Notes: generated by a model not told the origin, from the sequence alone. Numbered from the stretch's first letter, positions 1 to 9,302 are shown. The stretch is DNA of 64,000 nt from Candidatus Altiarchaeota archaeon (GCA_043804895.1 JAZDIN010000025.1:36764-100763), one strand, 5' to 3'. Made by a program: numbers and translations.

Positions 1-660
1 ACAGTAACCGAGTCTTTTCCATAATAAATATTTTGTTTTGTGTTTCGGATTATTAAAGCCAATCATACTGGCCCACTCTTCTAGTTGCTCTTTACCATTA
101 ATCTGAATTCTAACAACTTTATCTGAATAAATTCGTGGGGCTAACATGATATCAAACCCAGATTGTACTAGCATATTGATAAATTGATTACGCATAGGAG
201 ACGGTAGCATCTTGATTTCAAGCCTTGGGTAATAATGTCTATCCGTATGTTGCTTATCAAACACTAAACAGCCATCAGTGTCAAAAAGACCACGCATAAA
301 ATCTCGTTCAAGATTTTCAGTCGTTATAAACTCAGGAATACTTGCATTATCCCTTTTTGGGGCAGGTTTTAACCCTAAACTAATCAGCGAATAGTAATAT
401 TCTCTACCAAATAGTAGCAACTCCACTACTCTCTCGGTGGTTTTAAACCTAAGTAGTGGCTCTTTTTTGAATACTCGCTCCATCAAAGGAGAAACAAAGT
501 TCATAATATACGGTAAATCTTCATCCGAGTCACATGTTATCTTAACTCTATACTGGGTTTTTATCCCCTTTTCAGAATGACATTTGTACTTACCAAGTGA
601 TCCATCCCCCAACAGTATCCCAATAAACTCTGCTATTTCCTCAGTCCACTCAAAGATCAT
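1..660 (-). CDS. Free-standing double-motif LAGLIDADG homing-endonuclease-like protein (3' end runs off the window)
   Basis: Manual translation from ATG at 660 (not in the ORF track) gives 220 open codons: MIFEWTEEIAEFIGILLGDGSL...FMRGLFDTDGCL...IGFNNPKH..WKRLGYC. Two LAGLIDADG-type helices; visibly AT-rich. Confidence 0.85.
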   Translation of the reverse strand, partial: MIFEWTEEIAEFIGILLGDGSLGKYKCHSEKGIKTQYRVKITCDSDEDLPYIMNFVSPLMERVFKKEPLLRFKTTERVVELLLFGREYYYSLISLGLKPAPKRDNASIPEFITTENLERDFMRGLFDTDGCLVFDKQHTDRHYYPRLEIKMLPSPMRNQFINMLVQSGFDIMLAPRIYSDKVVRIQINGKEQLEEWASMIGFNNPKHKTKYLLWKRLGYC

Positions 661-787
661 ATAACCTAACCTTGGTGGCTGGTCTAAAACAATTCACCCC
701 TGAGTAAAGGAAAAGTAATCCCTCATCCTGCTGTAGTTAAAACTCTTCTGATTTTTATATCTCACTACCCTATATATTGGCTGCATT

Positions 788-943
788 ATGGCTAAGTTTA
801 AGGAGGCTGAGGTCAGGTTTTTTAAGGGCGTTTGCATGAGTTGCAACGCTAAGAATCCTGTTGATGCCACCAAGTGCCGCAAGTGCGGGAAGGTTAACAG
901 GATTAGGCGCAAGCGTAGGAAGAAGGCTGTCAGCGCAGCTTAA
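788..943 (+). CDS. rpl40e: 50S ribosomal protein L40e
   Basis: Manual translation (below the ORF-track cutoff): [51 protein letters not shown], with the CxxC..N...A..CRKCG zinc ribbon. Confidence 0.93.
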   Translation: MAKFKEAEVRFFKGVCMSCNAKNPVDATKCRKCGKVNRIRRKRRKKAVSAA

Positions 944-1019
944 GGTATGTCCTGTACTACTCCTGTTTAATGTACTCTTTTTTAAGGCTCTACTGTCAGG
1001 TCAGATTAGGGTGGTCTAA

Positions 1020-1385
1020 TTGGCTGACAGGATGCTTTACGCGGCCTTGTTCGTCTCAGTATTGGGTTTGTTTTTGATTTCATTCATCTCTCCGTCGATT
1101 AAGCCTCCGCGTTCCAGCGTCTGTGATGTAACATCATCCTCGCTTGAGAAGGTTGTCGTGGTAGGAGGCAACATCACAAGGGTTCATGAGTTCAAGGGCG
1201 GGAGTATGGCCTTGACTTTGTCTGACAGTGGTTGCGACATTGAAGTCTACCTGTCATATGACGTTGCAGCATCACTCAACAGCACCACCCTACTTGGTAG
1301 GCGTGTGGAGTTGTCGGGGGTTGTGCAGATTTATCGGGGTAGGGTGGAGGTTGTGGTTGAGAAGCCTACTTTGGTGTTGAGATGA
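1020..1385 (+). CDS. N-terminally membrane-anchored OB-fold nucleic-acid-binding protein
   Basis: Hydrophobic N-terminus, then the V.V.G.I....L.D..G pattern and 'VELSGVVQIYRGRVEVVV', typical of OB folds. Confidence 0.65.
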   Translation: MADRMLYAALFVSVLGLFLISFISPSIKPPRSSVCDVTSSSLEKVVVVGGNITRVHEFKGGSMALTLSDSGCDIEVYLSYDVAASLNSTTLLGRRVELSGVVQIYRGRVEVVVEKPTLVLR

Positions 1386-2161
1386 TACGCGCGTCTGACC
1401 TTAGCAGGTTCACGTACTGTGCTCGCCTCATCTACCTATACTCAGTGCTTGGCTTGGAAGAAGAAAAAACTCCAGAGCGGATTAGGGGCGTCGTAGGCCA
1501 TGCAGTGAGGCGTGAATTGTCTATGAGGCAGGCTCGCCTATTGGGGGGTATTCGCTCAGAGGAGGATGTGTATCATATCCTGTGTATGGAGCTTGATTCA
1601 GCTTTCTCTGACCTGCCGTGCATATTTGCGCAGGAGTGGTCAGCACTGCATTCTATCTTAATACCTGAAGTCAAGGCTGAAGTGCTAGCTGAATTGGATA
1701 CACTCCAGAAGGATTTGGAGGCTATGGTCGAGGACGTCGGCTTCGAGAGGGCATTGAAGATAGTCACCCCCTGGAGGATAGAATACAACCTGAAGTCCGA
1801 CTCTCTGGGCCTTTCAGGCCGCGTTGACAAGATAATGTATAACAGTGGTCTGGTCCCAGTTGACATAAAGACCGGTGTTGCCTCTGAGTTGGGGTGGGAA
1901 AGCGACAGGATACAGTTGTGCGCCTACGGTATGCTCATGGAAGACAAATTCAGCGGAAACATACCCTACGGTCTTTTAGAGTACACGAGAATTGCGAAGA
2001 GGAGGCCGGTCTTGTTCACAGAGGAACTGAGGCGACAGGTGTTTGACGCCCGTGACGGCGTTCAAGAAATCCTGGAGGGGGCGGCCCCAGACGTGTGCCC
2101 GCATGGTCAGCCGAGAAAATGTGAGTCATGCAATCTAAGGGATGAATGCTACAGGAATTAG
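1382..2161 (+). CDS. cas4: Solo Cas4-family PD-(D/E)XK nuclease with [4Fe-4S] ligands
   Basis: N-terminal '[11 protein letters not shown]', 'LSGRVDKI...PVDIKTG', 'QLCAYGML' and C-terminal '[11 protein letters not shown]'. No other cas genes or array in the window. Confidence 0.85.
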   Translation: MIRASDLSRFTYCARLIYLYSVLGLEEEKTPERIRGVVGHAVRRELSMRQARLLGGIRSEEDVYHILCMELDSAFSDLPCIFAQEWSALHSILIPEVKAEVLAELDTLQKDLEAMVEDVGFERALKIVTPWRIEYNLKSDSLGLSGRVDKIMYNSGLVPVDIKTGVASELGWESDRIQLCAYGMLMEDKFSGNIPYGLLEYTRIAKRRPVLFTEELRRQVFDARDGVQEILEGAAPDVCPHGQPRKCESCNLRDECYRN

Positions 2162-2361
2162 TCCTTCTTCTTAGCCTTCTGCTTTATCTTCTTCGTGATG
2201 TATCCTGCGACCTTGTTCCTTATGCTCTTGCTCGTTATGTCAGTGTAGTGTCCGACCTTCTTCTTGTTGTCCTGGAACTCTGACTTCGTGAAGGCGTCAG
2301 GATACTCCTTCAATAGCTTCTCCGCGATCCTCTTCAAGTACGTCTGCTTAATCCTACCCAT
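2158..2361 (-). CDS. rps17e: 30S ribosomal protein S17e
   Basis: [11 protein letters not shown]...F..NK......[13 protein letters not shown]; start moved to ATG 2361. Confidence 0.95.
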   Translation of the reverse strand: MGRIKQTYLKRIAEKLLKEYPDAFTKSEFQDNKKKVGHYTDITSKSIRNKVAGYITKKIKQKAKKKD

Positions 2362-2459
2362 TGTCTTACCATAACGCATTAGGGGTTTAAAAAAGCAAGA
2401 TATCTGTTCCCTTCAGGAACAGCACCTGTCCTGGTATGGTTTGGCAAATATCAGCTTAT

Positions 2460-2491
2460 CAAACCAGCGGCTTCAGCCGCTGGTCGTTGAT
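2460..2491 (+). repeat. 32-nt hairpin element (module X), resembling an IS200/IS605-type terminal palindrome
   Basis: CAAACCAGCGGCTTCAGCCGCTGGTCGTTGAT has the same length and consensus as 59816-59847(-), with five covarying stem pairs. Confidence 0.65.
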
Positions 2492-2494
2492 ACC

Positions 2495-3337
2495 TCAGGT
2501 TAGCAGGTCAGTCAGCTTGACCTTCTTTTCAGGCCGCTTAATCCCCGGTTCTCCTTTTATCCCGCCAAGCTCCGCTGCCATTTTAACAGCATCGTCCAAT
2601 CCACCTAACTCATCAACTAACCCCAGCTCCTTAGCCTCACTCCCCAGGTAAATCTTCCCCTGTGATATGTTACTGACGTAAGCCATGCTCAGGTTGCGGT
2701 TCTTTGCGACATCAGAAGTGAAACTGTAATAAACCTTATCCATCATACCCTGCAACTCTCCCTTCTCCTCCTCTGTCATAGGCCTGTAAGGGCTTGCGAT
2801 GTCCTTGCTATCACCTGCCTTCAGCACTGTGACGTTGACGCCAATCTTGTCCATGAGTCCATAGTAGTGGGTGACCGGCATGATAACCCCTATGCTCCCA
2901 GTCATCGAATCCTCGTCAGCCATGACCTTGTCCGCTGCGGAGGCCGCATAGTACGCCCCTGAAGCTCCAATTTCCCCTATCCATGCAACGGTTGGTTTCT
3001 CAGTCTTCTTCACAGCCCTCATAAGCTCCCTTGACGCTACGACGTTTCCACCGCCTGAGTAAACGTCCAACACTATAGCCTTAACGTTGAAGTCACTTTC
3101 AGCCTCCTTAAGCTGGGACTTTATCTCATCAACGTCTGCGCAGCTTTCAGTGAATAGGATGCTAGTTGGGCAGCCGCCTAATGTGATCTCACCGTGGATT
3201 GGGATGATGGCAACATCCCCCCCTCCAATGGTGGGCATGTCGAATCCGCTCATCAGGCCGGCCATGATGAAAGCTATGATAAGCACAAACAGCCCCAACA
3301 CCCCGAAGGTCACAACAACCTTCCAAAAAGTCCGCAC
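2495..3337 (-). CDS. sppA: Signal peptide peptidase SppA (S49)
   Basis: N-terminal TM, 'SGGG', 'GASGAYY', 'TGSIGV', 'GLVDELG'. Probable GTG start at 3337 after GAGGTG (exact start uncertain). Confidence 0.93.
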   Translation of the reverse strand: MRTFWKVVVTFGVLGLFVLIIAFIMAGLMSGFDMPTIGGGDVAIIPIHGEITLGGCPTSILFTESCADVDEIKSQLKEAESDFNVKAIVLDVYSGGGNVVASRELMRAVKKTEKPTVAWIGEIGASGAYYAASAADKVMADEDSMTGSIGVIMPVTHYYGLMDKIGVNVTVLKAGDSKDIASPYRPMTEEEKGELQGMMDKVYYSFTSDVAKNRNLSMAYVSNISQGKIYLGSEAKELGLVDELGGLDDAVKMAAELGGIKGEPGIKRPEKKVKLTDLLT

Positions 3338-3377
3338 CACCAACACCTCTACAACTATAATACGCAAGGCCTATAAA

Positions 3378-3554
3378 GAGCTGACGCGTCAGCTCGCACC
3401 GAAATGAATTGTGCCTTCTCCAGAAGGCACGAATGCATTATCACGCCCAGTGCTGTCGAGCGTTAGCGATGTGACCGAGATTTTTGTCTCGGACACACAC
3501 CCGACGCTTTGCGTCGGTTGTGAGACAGCACCTTCGCGAGCCTTAGTAAGGCTC
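3378..3554. repeat. Cluster of hairpins/palindromes 3' of tRNA-Gly, including module Y (3469-3526)
   Basis: Perfect palindrome 3378-3395, hairpins 3411-3430 and 3538-3554, and stem 3450-3457/3524-3531 enclosing two hairpins homologous to 59855-59914. Confidence 0.75.
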
Positions 3555-3556
3555 TT

Positions 3557-3630
3557 TGCGACTGCCGGGATTTGAACCCAGGTCGCGAGATTGGCAACCT
3601 CGAGTGATAGCCAGACTACACTACAGTCGC
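3557..3630 (-). tRNA. tRNA-Gly(GCC), intronless, CCA not encoded
   Basis: GCGACTG acceptor stem, anticodon arm CGAGG-TTGCCAA-TCTCG, T-arm CTGGG-TTCAAAT-CCCGG, discriminator A. Confidence 0.96.
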
Positions 3631-3661
3631 GTTTTTTGTGGATTTAATATATGCACTGATC

Positions 3662-4966
3662 TTAAATATACTCGTTTTTGAGCAGGTGTTTAACTGCTTC
3701 GTGTAGGTTTTTGAACGTGTAGTCTGGTTTGACATCGTATTTGCCGTCTCTGCAGGCGTGGCCTGTTTTCACGCCAACGGTCTTTATTCCCGCGTTTTTG
3801 CCGAGTTTTATGTCTCTTGTCGAGTCTCCGATTATGTACGATTTTTTCAGGTCTATGTTGAACCTTCTAGCTGCCTCCCTTATCATCCCCGTCTTCGGCT
3901 TACGGCATTCGCAGTCTGTCTTGTATCTTCGATTTTCCCCGTTGTATCCTCTATCCGGGTGGTGGGGGCACCAGTAGATTGCATCTAGTTTTGCGCCTTC
4001 CTTGCCAAGGAGGGTTTCCATCTTCTTATGGACCTCCTCAACATCTTTGAAGGTGCAGAGGCCTCTTGCCACGACCGGCTGGTTTGTTACTACGATAGCA
4101 AGGTGTCCTGATTCGTTTATCCTTCTTATCGCCTCTACCGAGCCTGGGATGAGTTCGAAGTTTATGGCTTCGTTGAGGAGGTGTCTTTCCACGTTTATGA
4201 CTCCGTCTCTATCAAGAAAGAATGCAGGCCTCTTTTTCTCTAGGTTGTATTTTCTTGGCAGTCCCCTTGTGTAGTCCCTCCTCACCTGCCTCAGCCTTTC
4301 AGGGGTCCCCATGTCCTTTATGTATTCCGGCGTGTTGTATCCGAATACTCTTTCCTTTGCCTTAATCATCCTTGGGAACACTTCCCTGTAAAGGTCTGAT
4401 TTTCCCCTTCTTGGTATATGCCTGAGTACTCTCTCAGATAGAACGTGAACTCCGGCGTTGACAAGGTTAGTGTAGAATCTGCCATTCTGCATTGGTTTCC
4501 GGTGGAAGGCCGTTATCCTACACCGTGAATCCATTTCCAGGAGGTCTGAGTCATTTGGGTGGTTGTTCGGGTGTATTGTTAGCGTGGCGTTGGCTTTTTT
4601 TGCCTTGTGGAATTCCACAAGTTTTTTCAGGTTCATGTCCACCATTACGTCGCCGTTGAGGAGGATGAAGTATCCTTTGATTTTTCCTTCAATCAGTCTA
4701 AGGCAGCCTGCAGACCCAAGTGGTTTGTCTTCGATGGAGTATTCGATTCTGGCTTTGAATCCCCTCCCGTCTCCGAAGTGGTCCTCTATCCTCCCGGACA
4801 CGTGGCCTGTGCAGAGTATTATGTCCTTGAACCCGTATCTTGTGAGCAGTCTTATCTGGTGTTCTAGTAGTGGCTTACCACCCACTTCGATCATAGGTTT
4901 CGGGGTTTTTTCAGTCAGTTTCCCGAGTCTTTCACCTCTGCCGCCTGCGAGTATTACTGCCTTCAT
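3662..4966 (-). CDS. gmhB: Fused heptose-1-P guanylyltransferase-like NTP transferase (HddC-like) and heptose-1,7-bisphosphate phosphatase (GmhB)
   Basis: N-terminal 'ILAGGRGERL...PKPM'; C-terminal HAD 'FLDRDGVIN', 'VVTNQ', 'CPHHP', 'CECRKP', 'IGD'. Confidence 0.88.
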   Translation of the reverse strand: MKAVILAGGRGERLGKLTEKTPKPMIEVGGKPLLEHQIRLLTRYGFKDIILCTGHVSGRIEDHFGDGRGFKARIEYSIEDKPLGSAGCLRLIEGKIKGYFILLNGDVMVDMNLKKLVEFHKAKKANATLTIHPNNHPNDSDLLEMDSRCRITAFHRKPMQNGRFYTNLVNAGVHVLSERVLRHIPRRGKSDLYREVFPRMIKAKERVFGYNTPEYIKDMGTPERLRQVRRDYTRGLPRKYNLEKKRPAFFLDRDGVINVERHLLNEAINFELIPGSVEAIRRINESGHLAIVVTNQPVVARGLCTFKDVEEVHKKMETLLGKEGAKLDAIYWCPHHPDRGYNGENRRYKTDCECRKPKTGMIREAARRFNIDLKKSYIIGDSTRDIKLGKNAGIKTVGVKTGHACRDGKYDVKPDYTFKNLHEAVKHLLKNEYI

Positions 4967-5014
4967 CTTTGGTAGTGATTTAATATTATAAGATAATATC
5001 TCTTGGAGGTTGAG

Positions 5015-6004
5015 ATGATAAGTCTACTTGCTGTTTTGGCGGTCTCGTTTGCGTTCACTTACCTGACTGTCCCCTGGTTCATTCCGCGGCTTTTGAAGGC
5101 TAAGATAGCAGGCAGGGACATGAACAAGCAGGGCAACATTGTTGTTCCTGAGATGGGCGGTTTCGCCATCATAGGCGGCTTTTTGGTCGGGGTGCTGTTC
5201 GCCATCGCCCTCACCACATTCAATGTGGTTGGCGTGGAGATGAACCTCACATACGTCCTGGCTTGTCTGTCAACCGTCCTCCTCATGGCATTGATAGGGG
5301 TCATAGATGACCTCCTACTCTTGGACCAGCGCGTTAAGGCAATCCTACCTGTCTTCGCAGCGTTGCCTTTGGTTGCAGTCAGCGCTGGGGTTCAATCGAT
5401 GGAACTCCCTATTTTCGGCGTGGTCGACTTCGGTATACTCTACCCGCTCATCGTAATACCTATCGCAATCACAGGGGCATCCAATGCGACTAACATGCTC
5501 GCCGGGTTCAACGGGCTTGAGGCCGGGTTGGGGATTGTCATGTGCTCGACCGTCGGGTTGGTGGCCTACAGTCTAGGTCGTGTCGAGGCTGTTGTCATCG
5601 TGTTCGCGATGCTTGGCGCCCTTTTGGCGTTCCTCAGGTACAATTGGTACCCTGCCAGGATCCTCATAGGCGATGTCGGGACTTTGAGCATCGGGGCTGT
5701 CGTCGCCTCGTCCGTGATTGTCGGCAACATAGAGAAGGTCGGCATCATACTGATAGCTCCATTCTTCCTCGAGCTTTACCTTAAGGCAAGAAGCAGGTTT
5801 AAGGCGCAATCATGGTGCGAGCTTAAGGGTGGCAGGCTCCTCTGCCCTAAGTTGAGCGAGGTTTATGGCATTGGTCGGCTTGTAATGTATATCAACGGGG
5901 GGGTATCGGAGAGGAAGCTTGTGCTGAGCATCATAGCGTTCGAGTGTCTCTTCGCATTACTTGCGTTGTATTCGTTTTCTGGGGTTTTATTGGCTACCAT
6001 ATGA
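5015..6004 (+). CDS. UDP-GlcNAc:dolichyl-phosphate GlcNAc-1-P transferase (AglH/Alg7-like, MraY/GPT family)
   Basis: 'GRDMNK..VPEMGG', 'GVIDD', 'NATNMLAGFNGLE', 'YNWYPARILIGDVG'; multi-TM. Confidence 0.88.
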   Translation: MISLLAVLAVSFAFTYLTVPWFIPRLLKAKIAGRDMNKQGNIVVPEMGGFAIIGGFLVGVLFAIALTTFNVVGVEMNLTYVLACLSTVLLMALIGVIDDLLLLDQRVKAILPVFAALPLVAVSAGVQSMELPIFGVVDFGILYPLIVIPIAITGASNATNMLAGFNGLEAGLGIVMCSTVGLVAYSLGRVEAVVIVFAMLGALLAFLRYNWYPARILIGDVGTLSIGAVVASSVIVGNIEKVGIILIAPFFLELYLKARSRFKAQSWCELKGGRLLCPKLSEVYGIGRLVMYINGGVSERKLVLSIIAFECLFALLALYSFSGVLLATI

Positions 6005-7125
6005 TGAAAGTCTGCATGGTTTCAAAGCACTTCCTCCCCTACTCTGGGGGTTTGGAGGTGAGGGTTCTGGAGCTGGCAAGGTGGCTTGTCGGCAAGGGAG
6101 AGAAGGTTCTGGTTTTGACCACTCACGAGCCCAGAACCAAGTCATCAGAAGTTGTTGACGGCGTTGATGTGAGCAGGTCGAAGGTCTGGTTCAGTCTGTT
6201 CAACGGGCCATTCTCCCCAGGAGTGCTTCTTGACCTGTTAGAAAGAGAATATGACATTATTGACGTGAACCTTCCCGACCCTGTGGGTAGCGTCTGGGCT
6301 TACATCGCTTCTGTCATCAGGGGTAAGCCTCTATTCGTAACTTACCATGCCGACATATTGAAGGACGGGATAATCTTCCTACCTCTTAAAATAATATACG
6401 GCCCACTACACTGGATTCTGTTGCGGCGTGCTGTCAGAATCTTCGTAACATCCCCGAACTACGCACAGTCCTCGGCGGTGCTTTCTGGATTCATGGCCAA
6501 GGTCGTGGTCGCTCCAAGCTTCGTGGACCTTAAGAGGTACAATCCCTCGGTTGACAACTCAAAGGTCAGGGAGAAAATGGGTCTTTCAGGCAGGAAAGTT
6601 GTGTTGTTCGTAGGCAGGCTCGTGGAGTACAAGGGTTTAGATTACCTCGTCGAGGCAGCTGGAATGTTGAGCGATGCGGTTTTCGTGATTGTCGGCGACG
6701 GTCCCCTGAGAGGCAGACTGGAAAGGAAGGTATTGGCGTCTGGTGTCAAAAACGTACTCCTCGCAGGCCATGTCGGTGATGGCGAGCTTTCTGGCTACTA
6801 CGGTGCTTGCGACGTCTTCGTCCTGCCTTCTGTCACGCGGCAGGAGGCGTTCGGCCTAGTCCTTGTTGAGGCGATGGCGTGCGGCAAACCCGTCGTCTCA
6901 ACGAACTTCTCAGGGATGCCCTATGTCGTCGACGGCGGCGGCCTCCTGGTGGAACCCAGAGACGCTGTTGCATTAGCTGAGGCATTGGGCAAGATACTTG
7001 CGGACAGTGCCCTGGCATCTGACCTGGCGGAGAAGGGCGTTAAGAGGGTCAGGGATTTCTTTGCAAGGGATGTCGTGTGCTCTAAGATTAGTGAAATATA
7101 TAAGTCTTCTGTTCGTAAGGGATAA
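6001..7125 (+). CDS. GT4 glycosyltransferase
   Basis: 'FVGRLVEYKG', 'EAFGLVLVEAMACGKPVV'; start ATG 6001. Confidence 0.92.
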   Translation: MMKVCMVSKHFLPYSGGLEVRVLELARWLVGKGEKVLVLTTHEPRTKSSEVVDGVDVSRSKVWFSLFNGPFSPGVLLDLLEREYDIIDVNLPDPVGSVWAYIASVIRGKPLFVTYHADILKDGIIFLPLKIIYGPLHWILLRRAVRIFVTSPNYAQSSAVLSGFMAKVVVAPSFVDLKRYNPSVDNSKVREKMGLSGRKVVLFVGRLVEYKGLDYLVEAAGMLSDAVFVIVGDGPLRGRLERKVLASGVKNVLLAGHVGDGELSGYYGACDVFVLPSVTRQEAFGLVLVEAMACGKPVVSTNFSGMPYVVDGGGLLVEPRDAVALAEALGKILADSALASDLAEKGVKRVRDFFARDVVCSKISEIYKSSVRKG

Positions 7126-7128
7126 CCG

Positions 7129-8139
7129 ATGGTCATACACACTCGCGCCCCTGTCAGGATAAGTTTCGGAGGCGGCGGAACCGACGTTTCACCATATACT
7201 GAAGAACATGGTGGATGCGTCGTCAGCGCCGCAATAAACAAGTACGCATCGGGTAGTGTGGAGTTGAGGAAGGACAGGGAAATCCACCTGAAAGACAGCC
7301 ACACCAAAGGTTTGACATTCAAGTCCACTGATGACATAAAATACGGGACTCCACTCGACCTCCTTGCCGCAGTCGTCAAGAACATGCACTCCACTAAGGA
7401 AGGCCTCAACCTTAGGCTGCGTGGCGACGTGCCTCCAAGAAGCGGACTCGGGTCCTCGGCTTCGGCGTTCATAGCGCTGATAGGATTGTTCAATCACATG
7501 CGAAGGGAGTCGAGGATGACGGACTACGAGATAGCGGAGCTAGCGTACAACCTCGAACGCGAGGAACTCCACAACAAAGGCGGACGCCAGGACCAGTACG
7601 CGTCAGTGTTTGGGGGCATCAACTACATCGAGTTCCGCGGCCACGATTTCGTGAGGGTTAATCCAGTCCGGATGAGGAGGGCTCACCATCTTGAGCTTGA
7701 GAAAAACCTTGTACTCGTCCACATCATGGAACGCAGCAAATCAGGTGACATAATCTCAGACCAGATAGACTCCTATGTGAAGGGGAAGAAGGAAGTTGTG
7801 GCGGCTCTCCACAAAGTCAAAGCCCTAGCGGAGGAAACCCACCACTCCCTCAGAAAAGGAGACCTCAACCGCTTCGGCGAGCTCCTGCACGAAGGATGGG
7901 TTGAGAAGAAAAAGTTCAGCCCGATGATGAGCAACGAACACATAGACCGGCTGTACGAGAAGGCCCGCAAGCACGGCGCAATCGGGGGGAAGATAGGCGG
8001 AGCCGGCGGCGGAGGCCACATGATACTCTACTGCGAATCAGGCAGGGAGGAAGAAGTCGCGAAGGTCTTCTCAGACGCTGGCTCGACAGTGAGAAGTTTC
8101 AGCTTTGACATGCACGGGCTTCAGACCTGGGAGGTGTGA
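7129..8139 (+). CDS. hddA: GHMP kinase, D-glycero-alpha-D-manno-heptose-7-P kinase-like
   Basis: 'RAPVRISFGGGGTD', 'PPRSGLGSS', 'GGRQDQYA', 'GGKIGGAGGGG'. Confidence 0.85.
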   Translation: MVIHTRAPVRISFGGGGTDVSPYTEEHGGCVVSAAINKYASGSVELRKDREIHLKDSHTKGLTFKSTDDIKYGTPLDLLAAVVKNMHSTKEGLNLRLRGDVPPRSGLGSSASAFIALIGLFNHMRRESRMTDYEIAELAYNLEREELHNKGGRQDQYASVFGGINYIEFRGHDFVRVNPVRMRRAHHLELEKNLVLVHIMERSKSGDIISDQIDSYVKGKKEVVAALHKVKALAEETHHSLRKGDLNRFGELLHEGWVEKKKFSPMMSNEHIDRLYEKARKHGAIGGKIGGAGGGGHMILYCESGREEEVAKVFSDAGSTVRSFSFDMHGLQTWEV

Positions 8140-9302
8140 GTTTGAGACTCGGCTACGTCAGCCAGTACTTCACCAGAGAGTACCGCGGCCCAGTCACTAA
8201 CCTCCTTATTGAGCTTTCGAAGAAGGTTGACGTCGTCAACTACTCCTCAAAAGAAAGGCATGCCCAATACTACTCCGGCGGCGTCCACGCCATGGATTCC
8301 GAGAAAATCGGCGACCACCTCAGCCTGCGCAGGTATGAGGTTGGCTTGAAGTTGTCTGGTGTTCTCTTTCCGAAGAATCTCACCCCACTCATCTCGCAGG
8401 ACAAGCTGGACATTATACAGTCTGAAGAATACTATCAGCCTGCGTCGCACATCGCATTCAAACATGCGCGGAAAAATGGCATACCATTTATATTCAACCA
8501 CCGTGGAAGCGAGGAGCGGAAAAGAACGCTGAAGGAGCGCGTTTTCTTCACTATGGCGAATCCAATGAGTAGAGGCCTTGTCGAAGGCTCAGACGCGATT
8601 GTGTGCATCTCTGAGGCAGGGAAGAAGGCGTTGTGTGTTGTATTCCCCAAGGCACAGGACAAAGTCCACGTAATACCGAATTCAATAGACCCGCTATTAT
8701 TCGACGGAGCAAATGGTCGCTCGTTCAGGTATGAATACAGGATACCTGAAGCAAGCCCGCTCCTCCTATGTGTCGCCCGCCTACACTTCCAAAAGAGGAT
8801 AGACCTCCTAATCAGGACATTCGCTGAGGTGAAGAAACAGTCTCCTGATTCAGTCCTTTGCGTCGTAGGTCCGTGGTTTGATGAGGAGAAGAGGAAGGTC
8901 GATTCACTAATATCAAAGTTGAGGGTCGATGACGTGGTATTCACAGGACCTATACCAAACGACAACGTCAAGGACGCCTACGCGGCAGCCGACGTCGTCG
9001 CCATGACATCAGAATACGAACCGTTCGGCTACTGCCTCCTCGAGGCTATGTGCCTTTCCAAACCGGTTGTGGCATTCAACATAGGGGCGGTACCGGAGAT
9101 AATAGAAGATGGCGTCAGCGGCTATCACATCCCATTTGCGGACACCAAAGGGTTGGGTATGAAAATCTCAACCCTCCTCAACGACAAGAAACTCTCAAAG
9201 AAGATGGGCAAGGAAGGTCTAAGGCGAGTGAACGAGAAGTTCAGCCTGAGCGACAACTCCAAACGACTGATCAAGCTTTACGAGAGAATGGTGAAAAGAT
9301 AA
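8136..9302 (+). CDS. GT4 glycosyltransferase
   Basis: 'VARLHFQKR', 'EPFGYCLLEAMCLSKPVV'. Confidence 0.9.
   Translation: MSLRLGYVSQYFTREYRGPVTNLLIELSKKVDVVNYSSKERHAQYYSGGVHAMDSEKIGDHLSLRRYEVGLKLSGVLFPKNLTPLISQDKLDIIQSEEYYQPASHIAFKHARKNGIPFIFNHRGSEERKRTLKERVFFTMANPMSRGLVEGSDAIVCISEAGKKALCVVFPKAQDKVHVIPNSIDPLLFDGANGRSFRYEYRIPEASPLLLCVARLHFQKRIDLLIRTFAEVKKQSPDSVLCVVGPWFDEEKRKVDSLISKLRVDDVVFTGPIPNDNVKDAYAAADVVAMTSEYEPFGYCLLEAMCLSKPVVAFNIGAVPEIIEDGVSGYHIPFADTKGLGMKISTLLNDKKLSKKMGKEGLRRVNEKFSLSDNSKRLIKLYERMVKR

Noticed and set aside
694..912. 72-aa minus-strand ORF
   Set aside because: It is the antisense shadow of rpl40e and has no recognisable motifs.
1382..2161. CRISPR-Cas locus suggested by cas4
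   Set aside because: No repeat-spacer array and no cas1, cas2 or effector genes were seen in the window.
2457..2497. Selenocysteine readthrough of the sppA TGA with the downstream hairpin as a SECIS
   Set aside because: SppA is complete at this point, readthrough adds only 11 residues before TGA-TAA, and the hairpin matches module X.
3557..3630. tRNA-Gly as the attachment site of an integrated island
   Set aside because: No integrase and no duplicated tRNA 3' fragment were noticed, and the glycan region lies on the 5' side of the tRNA.
9050..9301. N-terminal extensions in the ORF track (flippase; also at 15106, 16357, 30916, 43216, 47305, 48747, 57199)
   Set aside because: They overlap neighbouring genes or spacers, and family homology begins at the downstream starts used here.
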